Below are positions 25,854 through 39,251 of a stretch of 64,000 nt of DNA, piece by piece; position 1 is the first letter of the stretch, and the number at the start of each line of letters is the position of its first letter. Both the position numbers and the translations under genes were made by a program. The stretch is from assembly GCF_002113885.1 (NCBI RefSeq), contig NW_018408472.1:1-64000 (forward strand), read 5' to 3'. The notes beneath the pieces are model-generated. The model worked only from the letters and a program-made list of their open reading frames with translations, did no database searches and had not been told where the DNA came from. Source of the DNA: Mizuhopecten yessoensis (lineage: Eukaryota).

Positions 25854-26464
25854 TAGTGTTGTTCTGATTAAACGACAAAGTCGAGAATCGGTCAGTTAGG
25901 CCAACGAACTGACTAATCGACAAAGTCGAGAATCGGTCAGTTAGGCTAATGAACTGATTAATCGACAAAGTCGAGAATCGGTCAGTTAGGCTAACAAACT
26001 GATTAATCGACAAAGTCGAAAATCGGTCAGTTAGGCTAACAAACTGATTAATCGACAAAGTCGAGAATCGGTCAGTTAGGCTAACAAACTGATTAATCGC
26101 GTACAAAATCCATGATCGATTTTATTCGGAATGCTAATGTGTAGATATACTGGAGTTTTCAGAAGACTTTTTCCTAGCTACTAATTGTAAAATTGCTGGT
26201 ATCATGCGTCACTGCATGACTTACTTTTAGCTCATGGCTGCTAGTTAGGACTATATATAACAGATTCAGTGTTTGAAGAGAGCTATTTCTTATATTATAA
26301 TTAGTTAATTACATGGTATCTCTTTCTTATTTGCCTTTAGTGACTCGCAACAACAGCATGGAGGATTCCACTATGTATTTCTATGAAACAATTATTAATC
26401 GATCATCGCTTGGTTAATGGTAACCAATGATCGTTCATAAAATTTCAACCGATTCCCAACACTA
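25854..26464. mobile_element. hAT-like MITE remnant with an internal 45-bp tandem repeat (25862-26100)
   Basis: Termini TAGTGTTG...CAACACTA, ATCGAT-rich subterminal sequence, about 5 copies of caaagtcgagaatcggtcagttaggctaacaaactgattaatcga. No clean TSD. Confidence 0.55.
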
Positions 26465-27347
26465 GGTTCTCATTGATACAATCAATATATCGTTTTGAAG
26501 TCTTGAAAATCGGAAAAGGACCCCATTAAAATAGCCAGCTAATAAAAAAGGACAACCTGATTTTTCAGAAAAGGTCACAGTATATGTTCATACATTAGGT
26601 ATACCGAAAGAAGCACAACACCCAAATAGAGATGCAAGCTAAGGGAAACCTGTCCGAGTTAAGAGTATAATATCTTCACTTACATATGATGCATTTATGA
26701 TATGACAAGCGTCTAGAAATTGATTTTATGTACAGCTCTTTGTCGTACTGCAGTAAAACTTTTACATTTTTACAACCTTAAGCTACAGACAATATATATA
26801 TAAAATGTCCAGCAGACAAACTGTTGGCATCCTGGCTAGGTCTCTGATCAATATATCATGCGGTAACAGTCTACCTTAATATGTCACCTTCAGTCCTACA
26901 AGGAGCGGAGTTCTGTATTGATCAACTGTGAAGAAGAATCTTCGGAATTTATGTTGTATTTTTTACGGGAAAATATTTCCAAGGATTATCATGTCCTGGC
27001 AAGTTTGGGATCTAGCTTTGGTGGCCATGGGTGCAACAGTAACTCTAGCATTAGGAAATTAATATACGCATTGAGTTATAGAAATTATAATTAAAACTCA
27101 GATAAAACATCATCCCAAAATTGAAAATACTATTTCTTGATCAAGAAACTCAAGAAACACTGACTCCCATAAAATTCAAAGATATTTGAACTGCGGATAT
27201 TTTATCAAGAGATATTGAAATATTAGAAACTTTATCATAATTTTGATAACTGACTCTTTCAAAACCATTCTATTTTCATAAAAATATATCTTGATAAAAA
27301 AAAAGAAACAAAAGTTTATTCTGATTGTAACAAAGAAAAGTATTTCA

Positions 27348-28150
27348 AGCCCTCCACATAACAAGTTAATTACCCAGTACCCCATCCAATCTCCAGCCCT
27401 CCACATAACAAGTTAATTACCAAGTACCCCACCCAATCTCCAGCCCTATACAGCACAAGTGAATTACCAAGTACCCCACCCAATCTCCAGCCCTCCACAT
27501 CACAAGTTAATTACCAAGTACCCCACCCATTCTCCAGCCCTCCACATCATAAGTTAATTACCCAGTACCCCACCCAATCTTCAGCCCTCCACATCACAAG
27601 TTAATTACCAAGTACCCCACACAATCTCCTGCCCTCCACATCACAAGTTAATTACCTAGTACCCCACCCAATCTCCGGCCTTCTACATCACAAGTGAATT
27701 ACCAAGTACCCCACCCAATCTCCAGCCCTCCACATCACAAGTGAAATACCAAGTACCCCACCCAATCTCTATCCCTATACATCACAAGTTAATTACCAAG
27801 TACCCCACCCAATCTCCAGCCCTCCACATCACAAGTTGATTACCCAGTTCCCCACCCAATCTCCAGCCCTCCACATCACAAGTTAATTACCCAGTACCCC
27901 ACCCAATCTCCAGCCCTCAACATCACAAGTTAATTACCAAGTATTCCACCCATTCTCCAGCCCTCCACATCACAAGTTAATTACCCCACCCAATCTCCAG
28001 CCCTCCACATCACAAGTTAAGTACCCAGTACCCCACCCAATCTCCAGCCCTCCACATAACAAGTTGATAACCCAGTACCCCACCCCATCTCCAGCCCTCC
28101 ATATCACAAGTTAGTTACCCAGTAGTCCACCCATTCTCCAGCTCCCCATA
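27348..28150. repeat. 47-bp C-rich minisatellite (~17 units)
   Basis: Unit agccctccacatcacaagttaattaccaagtaccccacccaatctcc. Confidence 0.95.
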
Positions 28151-29033
28151 GCTTTTGTAAATTAAAAGTTGGGTAATTGTAGGTGACAGAGTATCATTTA
28201 TATGGGTCCCCAAACAATGTGAGGTACACAAAACGAGGGCTGTAATTCTGCACATAGTGAAGCTGAGACCGCATATTAAACATGTAGCACTTATATAGAC
28301 AAGTACCACCCTGTTGGGTGGCTCACAGGTCAAATTTCGTAATTTTAGGTGAGTAAAAGAGTACATGTATACGACCGAGACAAAATGATTCACAAAATGA
28401 CAAATGACTGACATAACACAAACTTCCCCAGCCCACCAGTTGGGTACTAATAAACTGTAATATGTGCAGTACAAGTTGTCATACCCTGGAGTTTGACAGG
28501 GAATTCCCAAATTTCCACAGAATTGTCTTCCCTTTTATATGATCACGATTAGAGAGCACCATGTATGACGTACATCATGACACAACCTGAAGGAACGATA
28601 TAATACCTAGATGTCACTACGGGAACAATAAAATAGGATATCACAATCAGCATTAAGCAAGAGAGAACATAAAGTGTACAAATCAAAAGAAAACAAATTA
28701 CAAACAAATTACAAATACTGATAACCAATGTTCAGGAAAATATTATTGATTTTCAAGGGAGAACAGAAGCAACAGCTACAGTTAGAGAAATTTCAACCCT
28801 CAGAGCAAGATTCTCGAATGTCTCGCCATTGGCTTGAACAATTCATATGTTGATAATTCTCTGTCATACCCGTAAGGTATGGAAAGATTCTGTAAATCAC
28901 TCCAGGCTAAAAGAGGAAACCAATCTGTGAACAGTGGGAGGAAACCCATGTTTTGCCAATAATTGTCTGCTTACGACACACATGTTCAGATATATAAATA
29001 GTACACCTACACTAGGTACTGTTACTGACTTAC

Positions 29034-29237
29034 GGTGGTAGCTAATCCTAGAGCCACGACTCAGCGGTTCCCATGAAACAGATTCAGATGATCATGGATC
29101 AGGAATCAATAAAAGTTGTTTATTTTAAATCTCAACAACTGCATACCTAGCTACACACAAACACTTGGCGGTTTGACAGCGGACACATTTCTACCAGTCG
29201 GTGTATGAGGTGAACAGTTAGAGGCAATCTTTTTATA
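29034..29237 (-). promoter_or_regulatory. Candidate TATA+Inr promoter and non-coding first exon (alternative CLIC start)
   Basis: TATAAAAAG at 29237-29229, Inr-like TCA with A at 29206 (31 nt downstream of the TATA start), and a GTAAGT donor after 29034. Confidence 0.45.
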
Positions 29238-29365
29238 CCTGTTACTATAAGATAAATTTTATGATGTCTGATCTCCCTAAGTAGGTATAACATGGGCCAA
29301 CATTCTACACATGAGCAACACCTTCAATCCACATTTACTAGAGCATCAATATAACACCAACCAAA

Positions 29366-30575
29366 TACTAGAGGCCTAACTAAAACATAGTTACTTATAC
29401 CAAATACACATGTATACCAAATACACATGTACTAGAGGCCTAACTAAAACATAGTTATTTATACCAAGTACATAGGTACTAGAGGCCTAACTAAAACATA
29501 GTTACTTATCCCAAATACATAGGTACTAGAGGCCTAACTAAAACATAGTTATTTATACCAAGTACATAGGTACTAGAGGCCTAGATACAACATAGTTACT
29601 TATTCCAAATACACATGTACTAGAGACATAACTAAAACATAGTTACTTATACCAAATAGATAGGTACTAGAGGCCTAACTAAAACATAGTTATTTATACC
29701 AAGTACATAGGTACTAGAGGCCTAACTAAAACATAGTTATTTATACCAAGTACATAGGTACTAGAGGCCTAGCTAAAACATAGCTACTTATACCAAATAC
29801 AAAGGTACTAGAGGCCTAACTAAAACATAGTTACTTACACCAAATACATAGGTACTAGAGGCCTAACTAAAACATAGTTACTTACACCAAATACATAGGT
29901 ACTAGAGGCCTAACTAAAACATAGTTATTTATACCAAGTACATAGGTACTAGAGGCCTAACTAAAACATAGTTATTTATACCAAGTACATAGGTACTAGA
30001 GGCCTAACTAAAACATAGTTATTTATACCAAGTACATAGGTACTAGAGGCCTAGCTGAAACATAGTTACTTATTCCAAATACACATGTACTAGAGACATA
30101 ACTAAAACATAGTTACTTATACCAAATACAAAGGTACTAGAGGCCTAACTAAAACATAGTTACGTATTCCAAATACATAGGTACTAGAGGCCTAACTAAA
30201 ACATAGTTACGTATTCCAAATACATAGGTACTAGAGGCCTAACTAAAACATAGTTATTTATACCAAGTACATAGGTACTAGAGGCCTAGCTGAAACATAG
30301 TTACTTATTCCAAATACACATGTACTAGAGGCCTAGCTAAAACATAGTTACTGATACCAAATACAAAGGTACTAGAGGCCTAGCTAAAACATAGTTACTG
30401 ATACCAAATACAAAGGTACTAGAGGCCTAACTAAAACATAGTTACTTATACCAAGTACATAGGTACTAGAGGCCTAGCTAAAACATAGTTACTTATTCCA
30501 AATACACATGTACTAGAGGCCTAACTAAAACATAGTTACTTATACCAAATACATAGGTACTTTAGAGGTCTAGCT
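29366..30575. repeat. 47-bp minisatellite (~25 units)
   Basis: Unit tactagaggcctaactaaaacatagttacttataccaaatacatagg. Confidence 0.96.
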
Positions 30576-33500
30576 AGTTATATATAATTAGAACAAAGTT
30601 ACTTATACCCTGAGGGATTCCTGTATACTGTAGCCTCACCTTTACTTCCGTTTGGATATAAGGGTAGTAATGTTGAGCCAGGACATTGAGTATGACCAGG
30701 TACAATGTACGTAGCTTCAAGGGTTTGAGCGATCATGTAACAATTTGAAGTCCAGTACGTGTTCCAATCCCGGTCTAGTCCCACTGAATTTGGTCTACTT
30801 AGAAGTTAGAACACTGCATGTTAATTATATTTTGTTTATTTTATATTTATCATTTTGCATAAAAGTCCTGCAAGGTATGTTTCTCTTTTCAGCATTGATT
30901 TATCCAAGCTGTATAAATGGATACTCTACTATATTTTGCTGTGATAACAGGTGTATTTAATTGGGGTGACAAATTAAATTAATTAATACTTTTACCTTTA
31001 AATGATTGTAAAAAACAATCAGCTGGGAAAGCTTTAAAGAGTGTCTTTCCACACGTATTATGATGATTGTTAAGACACTAGATAACTTCATAACATCTGA
31101 GAGTCCTTGGTCTAACCATCGGACCCCAGGGTTCTTGTTTGAACAAATAGTGTATTGCTCCCAGGCTACAAACATTGACAAAAAGTTTGATGTGTTTGAC
31201 ACTTTAACACTGTACCTTGGGCTACGCCCATGGATGTTAGTATTGAAATTAGTATTACATAATCATCATGTGTTTGCTCTCTTTCTTTGGTATGTACATT
31301 TGACAGCCCAGTTGATAAAATATATTTTGGCCAAACATAGCAATGATCCACACACTGAGCCGTGTGCACAATCTAAAAAGTCACTCATTCAGTGTTTGTC
31401 AGGCTAAAACAAAATAAAAGGTGATTTTGTTTGGTGAGTTTTGAATAGGAAAAAAAAATCGCATTTTGATTTGGTTTAGATAATCAGAAATAGAAATGGA
31501 CTTTTAGACAGAAAGAATGAAACTAAGTTTTTCTAAGCCATCAACACTTTTCGCATTATAATAAAATTCTGAAAAAGGCTATAAAATATACCAGAAGACT
31601 TAAAATGTTCATCTTTAAATAATAAAATAAAGAAAATTAAACGCAATACTGAAAGATGTATAAAATTTCTCACAGAATCTGAGATATGTGTGATTAGGGT
31701 CCTTAAGGAAACATCCTTGGACTGCAGGGGCCAGACATCCAACATGGCCACTGTAGAGAAACTCTACAGGCAGTCAACACATCTACCTAGGAAGTACCAC
31801 CCACCTGTGTGCCATGTACAGGTTGCCGTGGTGACGCCATACTGTTACTCCTACTAATGTTATTATACACAACACACCTGTTTATGCTCCTAGTGCAGAG
31901 TTTTAATTTCCCTCATCATGAGGATCAATCTAGAAAGTTGGAGACCATTGCAGCATTTATCTTTTTTAAAGCCAACTACTGAATAATTCAAAAAATAAGA
32001 AATCAAACTGTAATAATCTTGATCATTTGGATGTTTGATTCCTAAATGTCAAACTAGGGGGGAGATAATTTGATTGCAGCTGCTGGAAAAATCTTCAAAA
32101 TTGTTTAGACCAAGTTAGAGGCTGTTAAGCTAAGCCAGTCTTAGCTGAGATCAAAGCAAATTCTAAGGTAATGTTATCTGGGGGGGCAGGTCTATGCCCA
32201 ACTTTAAGTGTATTTGTGTATTTGCTTTAAAACAAGGTGAAATCAACATCAATATATTATAATGATATAGTCTGAAATAACAGTCGGTGTACACAGATCA
32301 AATCAATACCAACCAAATTTGATTTGACTTTAAAATCATTTTTTAGTAAATGACATTTTTTTAACAATGAAAACATAATGTACTTAGTAATTATTAGTCT
32401 ATGATCATTATACCAGTCAAATTAACAGTCAATGTTGTGTACAGCTACCTGTAAGTACTCAGTATAGTAGAAGTTGGCGTCAGTGAATATCAATGAATTC
32501 AGAATGTAACGAAGACCAGAAGCAGATTCACGTTTAAAAATGTGACATACCTCAGCACACTGTCCCCAGCAGGAGTTATAATAAAACAACGTTAACCTCA
32601 GTGAGACTGACGATTACTGTCACATGTAGATCTAGTCTGTACACTGTAGCTGACACAGCAGCTCTTACAGGGAATAGCTAATATTCTATGTATATCTACT
32701 GAAAGACCCCCACCCATAATGTAATAAGGTAGAGCCAGGAGATAGATAATTAGCAATTTGAAAGCACAGACTTTATAAAGAGAGATCGAGGCAGCCAAAT
32801 TGTTGTACTGACCTTTTATATGTCTCTATATGGCAAACTAATTTCTCATGTCTAGTATGTTTTCATCTTTTCTCTAGAGGTCTTAGTAATTTTTTATCAA
32901 TTCACCTGGGGTTCGTGAAAAACAAGTTTTGTAGTGAAAAACTCAGTTTTTATGCTGCCTGGCCTGTCGCGATCGTATGCTATGACGTTTTACCAGAGTG
33001 TGCAAAAACTACATCGGAATTAACAAATGCCTGGTTAAATTTGTTCAGACCGATAAAAAAAAAATGATCATTTGATATTTTGGTTAGACAATGAATGAAA
33101 TCAAATAGAAATTGATTTTCAGTCTGATGAGTGATAATCCTTAAAGGGTGTCACAGACATTGTTTACATAGAAAAGTGCTCCTTGCATATATATTGATTT
33201 GAAAATATCATAAATTAAAAAGTACAGTATGTATTTGAGGTTCCCACAAAGACTATAAAACACATGCCAAAGCAATCAAGCCCCATATCGTCATTTACAT
33301 AGATTTATAAGAGAAAATTTCGCTACTTTCATATCAGCTTTTGTTCAAATTAGTACACAGGCAATATTTACAAAATACTGACAGTAAACCATGAAGTATT
33401 GGTGTCAAAAATTTGCATTAGCAGTCAAAACAAATGATAACGCCCACTTTTTGTAAACAGTAACGGAAAAATTTGATTTGGAAATTTGAGTCACCCAGTT

Positions 33501-36500
33501 GTTTTCAGATATCAACACTTTGAAACATTGAAGCCATGCCATTGAATTCCCAGGGCACTGTAACATGGAGCCCCAAATAAATGACCAAGTTTATAGATAC
33601 TGGAGAATGTTCCCAAATAGGAAGTGCCTGGGTGTTAGACTCCAACACACCCTATAGTGGACAAGTAAGGCTACTATATTGTGTGTGTGTGTTACCTTCG
33701 TAATATTTTTCAACAGGTAGGCTAACTTATATATATATATATATAATCTGATACCTGAATGCAAAATGCTAGATTTTCTGCAAGAAGATAATTCAGCTAT
33801 ATTCTGTGTGTTTATATTAACCGATTGATTGCAAGATGCCAGATTTTCTGCTGGAAAAATAAAGGTCATCACTATGATGTTGCTAGATTTCATTGACGAA
33901 CATAATGTCTTTGAAAGTCCATAGTATTTCAAGATAAATTAGCTGGTTTCAACAATTTGAAAATTTTACTACATGTTGAATACAATGACATGCTATAGTT
34001 ATGACCATGATTACTTAATGTAAGATGGGTCTCTCTGGTTCAAGTACACCAAACACAAACCATTAAGTGGGTTATTGACCTTTTTACCTGTCCCTACATT
34101 CTATAGAGCTCTAGGGCTTTCTGAGATGATCGATGTTGCATAGAATAAAGTCATTAAAGATGTTAGTACTTCATACCATCAGTAGACTATAGTAATTAAT
34201 ACACATCAAAGACAGCTTTAGCCTTTAGATATAGCAAAACGATCAACAGGTTGATATCAAAATTTCTGAATGCTGCACCACTGGACTGTGATACGTAATG
34301 AAGCAAAGCAGTATTCTCCATTCACTGCAGTTATTGTGCAGCAAATTTCCTGTTGAGATGCACAAGAATAAATGGTCGGTTTTCTACTGAAAGTTGGGTA
34401 TTAACAAAACTACACAATTAAGAACATTTTAATTAGTAGTAAATCTTCCTACATACAAAGCAGGACACAATGAAATTGTGTTGAAAAGTCAATGTAAAAC
34501 AGCACACAGCCTTGTTGTCAAGTGTGACGTCAAAAGATTCTGGTGTCAAAGAGTATACATATACAGTATGTATGCTACTAATTCCCACAATTATTCATAA
34601 AGTTTCTGTTTTTTTCCCATGTTTAAAAAATGACATCAATTGAAAATTTAATGTTTTTCCTGTTGAATACCACTGCATTTTCAGAAGATATTTGTTATGA
34701 GCATGTAGATGTACACAGAAACCATCCTAGCCTCTAGATCTATATTCAGTCAAAAAGCAGTGTTAGAAGTCACAAAACAGAGTATCTTAGACAAACAGGG
34801 CTACACACTCTTTTGTCCCAAGCTGATATGGCATTGTAAAATGGTCCCAATTATAAAGCTTCAATGTAGTACCTTACAAGAAAAAAATCTAAAAAAATCT
34901 GAAACCTCAAAGCCCTGAAATCTGACCTTACTATCTATGTAAAGCTTGTCAAGATAGAGCAACATGTTTAAGTCAGAAGCTTTTATCTTGGAGTCACTGT
35001 AACCCCATCCACAACAGTTGTTAATAAGTGCTAAAAAAACCAGATTTTAATCTCTCAACCCCTTCCGTTATACTAGTGATACTTAAAAGTTTCTTTATAT
35101 CAAATAGAATCAATTCTTTGAAAATGAACTTTTTCAGCCAGTTCACCACTAACATCTGGCTATTGGCTATAGGGAGTTGTGACCTTCAACCCGATATCAG
35201 TTTAATTTTTGCCTTAGCTTCAGCAAATAAAAAAATAAAAAGTTTAAAAAGAAAGTTACTTTCAGTTACTTTTTCAATGTCTGCAGATCAATCAACTATA
35301 TACTGTCAGTAACCTATGACATTTGATTTCTTTGTTGCATGAAGTTTAACCTTTGATTGACCTTTGATTTAGCTATCTCCCAATGTTTAGCATACAGACA
35401 TTACATCCCAAGCAGATTACCTTCCTAATCAATTAACCAAAAGACAGCCAGTAATAAAAACAATGATTTTATGTAACAATGAGTAGTGTATTTGACATGT
35501 AGTAAATTATATGTAGGTCATCTCTAGATCTCCAGTAAATACTTGTCTTAGTCTACATACCAACACACCTGTCTGTAAAGACATCCTTTGTGTTAATTAT
35601 AACAATTACTGAGTGCAATTTTGTAAAACAATTAAGCAACTCAGTACAAATTTCCAGCATACAAAAACATTCATAAATTTACATCAAGGAATTCAATCAA
35701 TAAAGCATAAAATGATTTACAACTTAAGTTGTGCTCCATTCATTCAGAATTCACTAATTGATTGTCTAGTCAGCCATTCAACATGTTTGTTTACAAATTG
35801 ACATCAAGTAATCCAGCTATCTAATGTAACAATACAGCAACTTTTGCTGGGAAGGCAAGTGGTTGGATTATCCTCTGGTGTACCAATATATATATATATA
35901 TGCTGTTTTACACCAAAATGCTGACATCATAATGTCGGCTGGTATGCCAAAAGTAGTACTACTATCATCAATATTGTACTTGATAAGGAAAGCAAGGCAA
36001 CATTACCTGGGAAAACAAACACTGATTTATATACCTGTACTGTTGTATTCTTACATCCATCCATTGTGGTGACTGCTTAATATCCTAATATATCAGTCTG
36101 GTTGATGATGCTGCAGGCACAGTGTTTATTTTAACAGAGAACACAACCACTGGATGAGACTGTGATATTGAAATGTGTTGGCGGAGGAAGAGAACCACAG
36201 CACGGGACTGTGACAGAGCAATGGAACCAACGAGAACAAGACGAAAGCGTGGGAGTGTAAAGCGTCACAGAGAAAAATACCACAGTTTGGGACTGTGACA
36301 GGGGAATGAAGGAAGTGTCACCGAGAACAACATCACCGAGTAGGACTGTGACACAGGAATGGATGCAATAACTAGCAAAGAATAAATACCACACCAAAGG
36401 ACTGTGATAGAGCAATGGAGCAGTTTCACAAGAAAACAGGAATGGAGGCAGTACCAGGCAGAAAAAAACCCACAGCATTGGACTATGACTAGGGAACATA

Positions 36501-36651
36501 GGCCATGTCAAAAGGAACGAAACTGTAACATTGGACTCTGACTAGGGAACATAGGCCGTGTCAACAGCAACAAAACTGTATCATTGGACTATGCCTAGGG
36601 AACATAGGCCATGTAAACAGGAACAAAGCTGTAACATTGGACTGTGACAGG

Positions 36652-37327
36652 TAGTGGGGTACCGATAACCGGAAACATCAAGTAAATCGAGCTAGCCATG
36701 AGGTAGATTTGATAAACGATTTAGCAGTCAGCACATAAAAGATTGATTTTGAAACTTTGTCATGAAAAACATTGTTTTTGTAGGTTTGTCATGAAGAACT
36801 GAAATTCTTAAGATACATACGGTTGCTTTTCATGTTTAATCCAAAATAAAACGGTCCTTTCACCCGCTCTCGTTGATTCTCGCTTGAATTATGCCAGCAT
36901 TCAAGCGTGATAGCTATAGCGTCATTACGTAATCAATGTCAGTGCAGTGATTTGTAGGTAGGGGCAAATTTATAACTGACGAAATCCAAACTGACGGCAA
37001 ATGACAGCCACCGGAATAAAAGCACTTTCTTTTTCAGCGAAGGGATGGTGGGACATAAACTTTACAGTACCAACTCAATTTGACTCAATTTCAAATGGGT
37101 TAACAATAATAAATGTCATATCAAGTACTTAACCCAAAATGCATAACCTGATTTGTTTGTGTTACGATAGCTATCATCATGACTTGTCCGCAGGAGATAG
37201 GAAATTGTCAATTTCTGAAGTACCTTTTCTCATTATATGAGCATCTCTTGGATGAAGTTATTAGAAAAATAACACAAAGTTATATAGATATTTTTTAATG
37301 ATTGGACAAAATGTCAATTTATTAAAT
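36652..37327. mobile_element. Truncated copy 1 of a ~774-bp hAT-like MITE
   Basis: Near-identical to 38478-39150, lacking the right end. Confidence 0.7.
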
Positions 37328-37529
37328 CTGGATGAGACTGTGATATTGAAATGTTTTGGCGGAGGAAGAGAACCACAGCACGGGACTGTGACAGAGCAAT
37401 GGAGCAGTTTCACAAGACAACAGGAATGGAGGCAGTTCCAGGCAGAAAAAAACCCACAGCATTGGACTATGACTAGTGAACATAGTCCATGTCAACAGGA
37501 ACAAAGCTGTAACATTTGACTGTGACAGG

Positions 37530-37950
37530 GAGTGGTGTACCGATAACCGGAAACATCAAGTAAATCGAGCTAGCCATGAGGTAGATTTGATAAACGATTT
37601 AGCAGTCAGCACATAAAAGATTGATTTTGAAACTTTGTCATGAAAAACATTGTTTTTGTAGGTTTGTCATGCAGAACTGAAATTCTTAAGATACATACGG
37701 TTGCTTTTCATGTTTAATCCAAAATAAAACGGTCCTTTCACCCGCTCTCGTTGATTCTCGCTTGAATTATGCCAGCATTCAAGCGTGATAGCTATAGCGT
37801 CATTACGTAATCAATGTCAGTGCAGTGATTTGTAGGTACGGGCAAATTTATAACTGTCGAAATCCAAACTGACGGCAAGTGACAGCCACCGGAATAAAAG
37901 CACTTTCTTTTTCAGCGAAGGGATGGTGGGACATAAACTTTACAGTACCA
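37530..37950. mobile_element. Truncated copy 2 of the same MITE
   Basis: Near-identical to 38478-38898. Confidence 0.7.
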
Positions 37951-38477
37951 CACAGCACGGGACTGTGACAGAGCAATGGAGCAGTTTCACAAGCAAACAG
38001 GAATGGAGGCAGTGCCAGGCAGAAAAAAACCCACAGCAATGGACTATGACTAGGGACCATAGGCCATGTCAACAGGATCAAAACTGTAACATTGGGCTAT
38101 GACTAGGGAACATATTCCATGTCAACAGCAACAGAACTGGAACATTGGACTATGACTGGGGAACATAGGCCATGTAAACAGGAACAAAACTGTCACATTG
38201 GACTATGACTAGTGAACATAGTCCATGTCAACAGGAACACAACTGTAACATTGGACTCTGACTAGGGAACATAGGGCATGTCAACAGGAACAAGACTGTA
38301 ACATTGGACTATGCCTAGGGAACATAGGCCATATCAACAGGAACAAAACTGAAACATTGGTCTATGACTAGGGAAAATAGGCCATGTCAACAGGCACAAA
38401 ACTGTAACATTGGACTATGACTAGGGAACATAGGCCATGTCAACAGGAACAAAGCTGTAACATTTGACTGTGACAGG

Positions 38478-39251
38478 TAGTGGTGTACCGATAACCGGAA
38501 ACATCAAGTAAATCGAGCTAGACATGAGGTAGATTTGATAATCGATTTAGCAGTCAGCACATAAAAGATTGATTTTGAAACTTTGTCATGAAAAAGATTG
38601 TTTTTGTAGGTTTGTCATGAAGAACTGAAATTCTTAAGATACATACGGTTGCTTTTCATGTTTAATCCAAAATAAAACGGACCTTTCACCCGCTCTCGTT
38701 GATTCTCGCTTGAATTATGCCAGCATTCAAGCGTGATAGCTATAGCGTCATTACGTAATCAATGTCAGTGCAGTGATTTGTAGGTACGGGCAAATTTATA
38801 ACTGACGAAATCCAAACTGACGGCAAATGACAGCCACCGGAATAAAAACACTTTCTTTTTCAGCGAAGGGATGGTGGGACATAAACTTTACAGTACCAAC
38901 TCAATTTGACTCAATTTCAAATGGGTTAACAATAATAAATGTCATATCAAGTACTTAACCCAAAATGCATAACCTGATTTGTTTGTGTTACGATAGCTAT
39001 CATCATGACTTGTCCGCAGGAGATAGGAAATTGTCAATTTCTGAAGTACCTTTTCTCATTATATGAGCATCTCTTGGATGAAGTTATTAGAAAAATAACA
39101 CAAAGTTATATAGATATTTTTTAATGATTGGACAAAATGTCAATTTATTAAATATAATCCTTTTGGCGTTTATTTCAACCGATAATCGATTACCAATCGA
39201 TCTTGAATGTCTGATAATCGATCTTCAAAATTGGACCAATTCCAAGCACTA
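38478..39251. mobile_element. Complete ~774-bp hAT-like MITE
   Basis: Termini TAGTG...CACTA. The ATCGAT-rich right subterminal region is similar to those at 26400-26464 and 44329-44420. Confidence 0.6.

Larger units (their letters stand above)
36150..38477. repeat. 53-bp minisatellite plus flank, serially duplicated together with partial MITE copies
   Basis: Unit cattggactatgactagggaacataggccatgtcaacaggaacaaaactgtaa. 37328 restarts the sequence of 36150, and 37951 restarts that of 36196. Confidence 0.9.

Noticed and set aside
5085-30575. CRISPR-like interpretation of the regularly spaced 35-54 bp repeats
   Set aside because: The units are head-to-tail with no unique spacers, there are no cas genes, and the context is eukaryotic.
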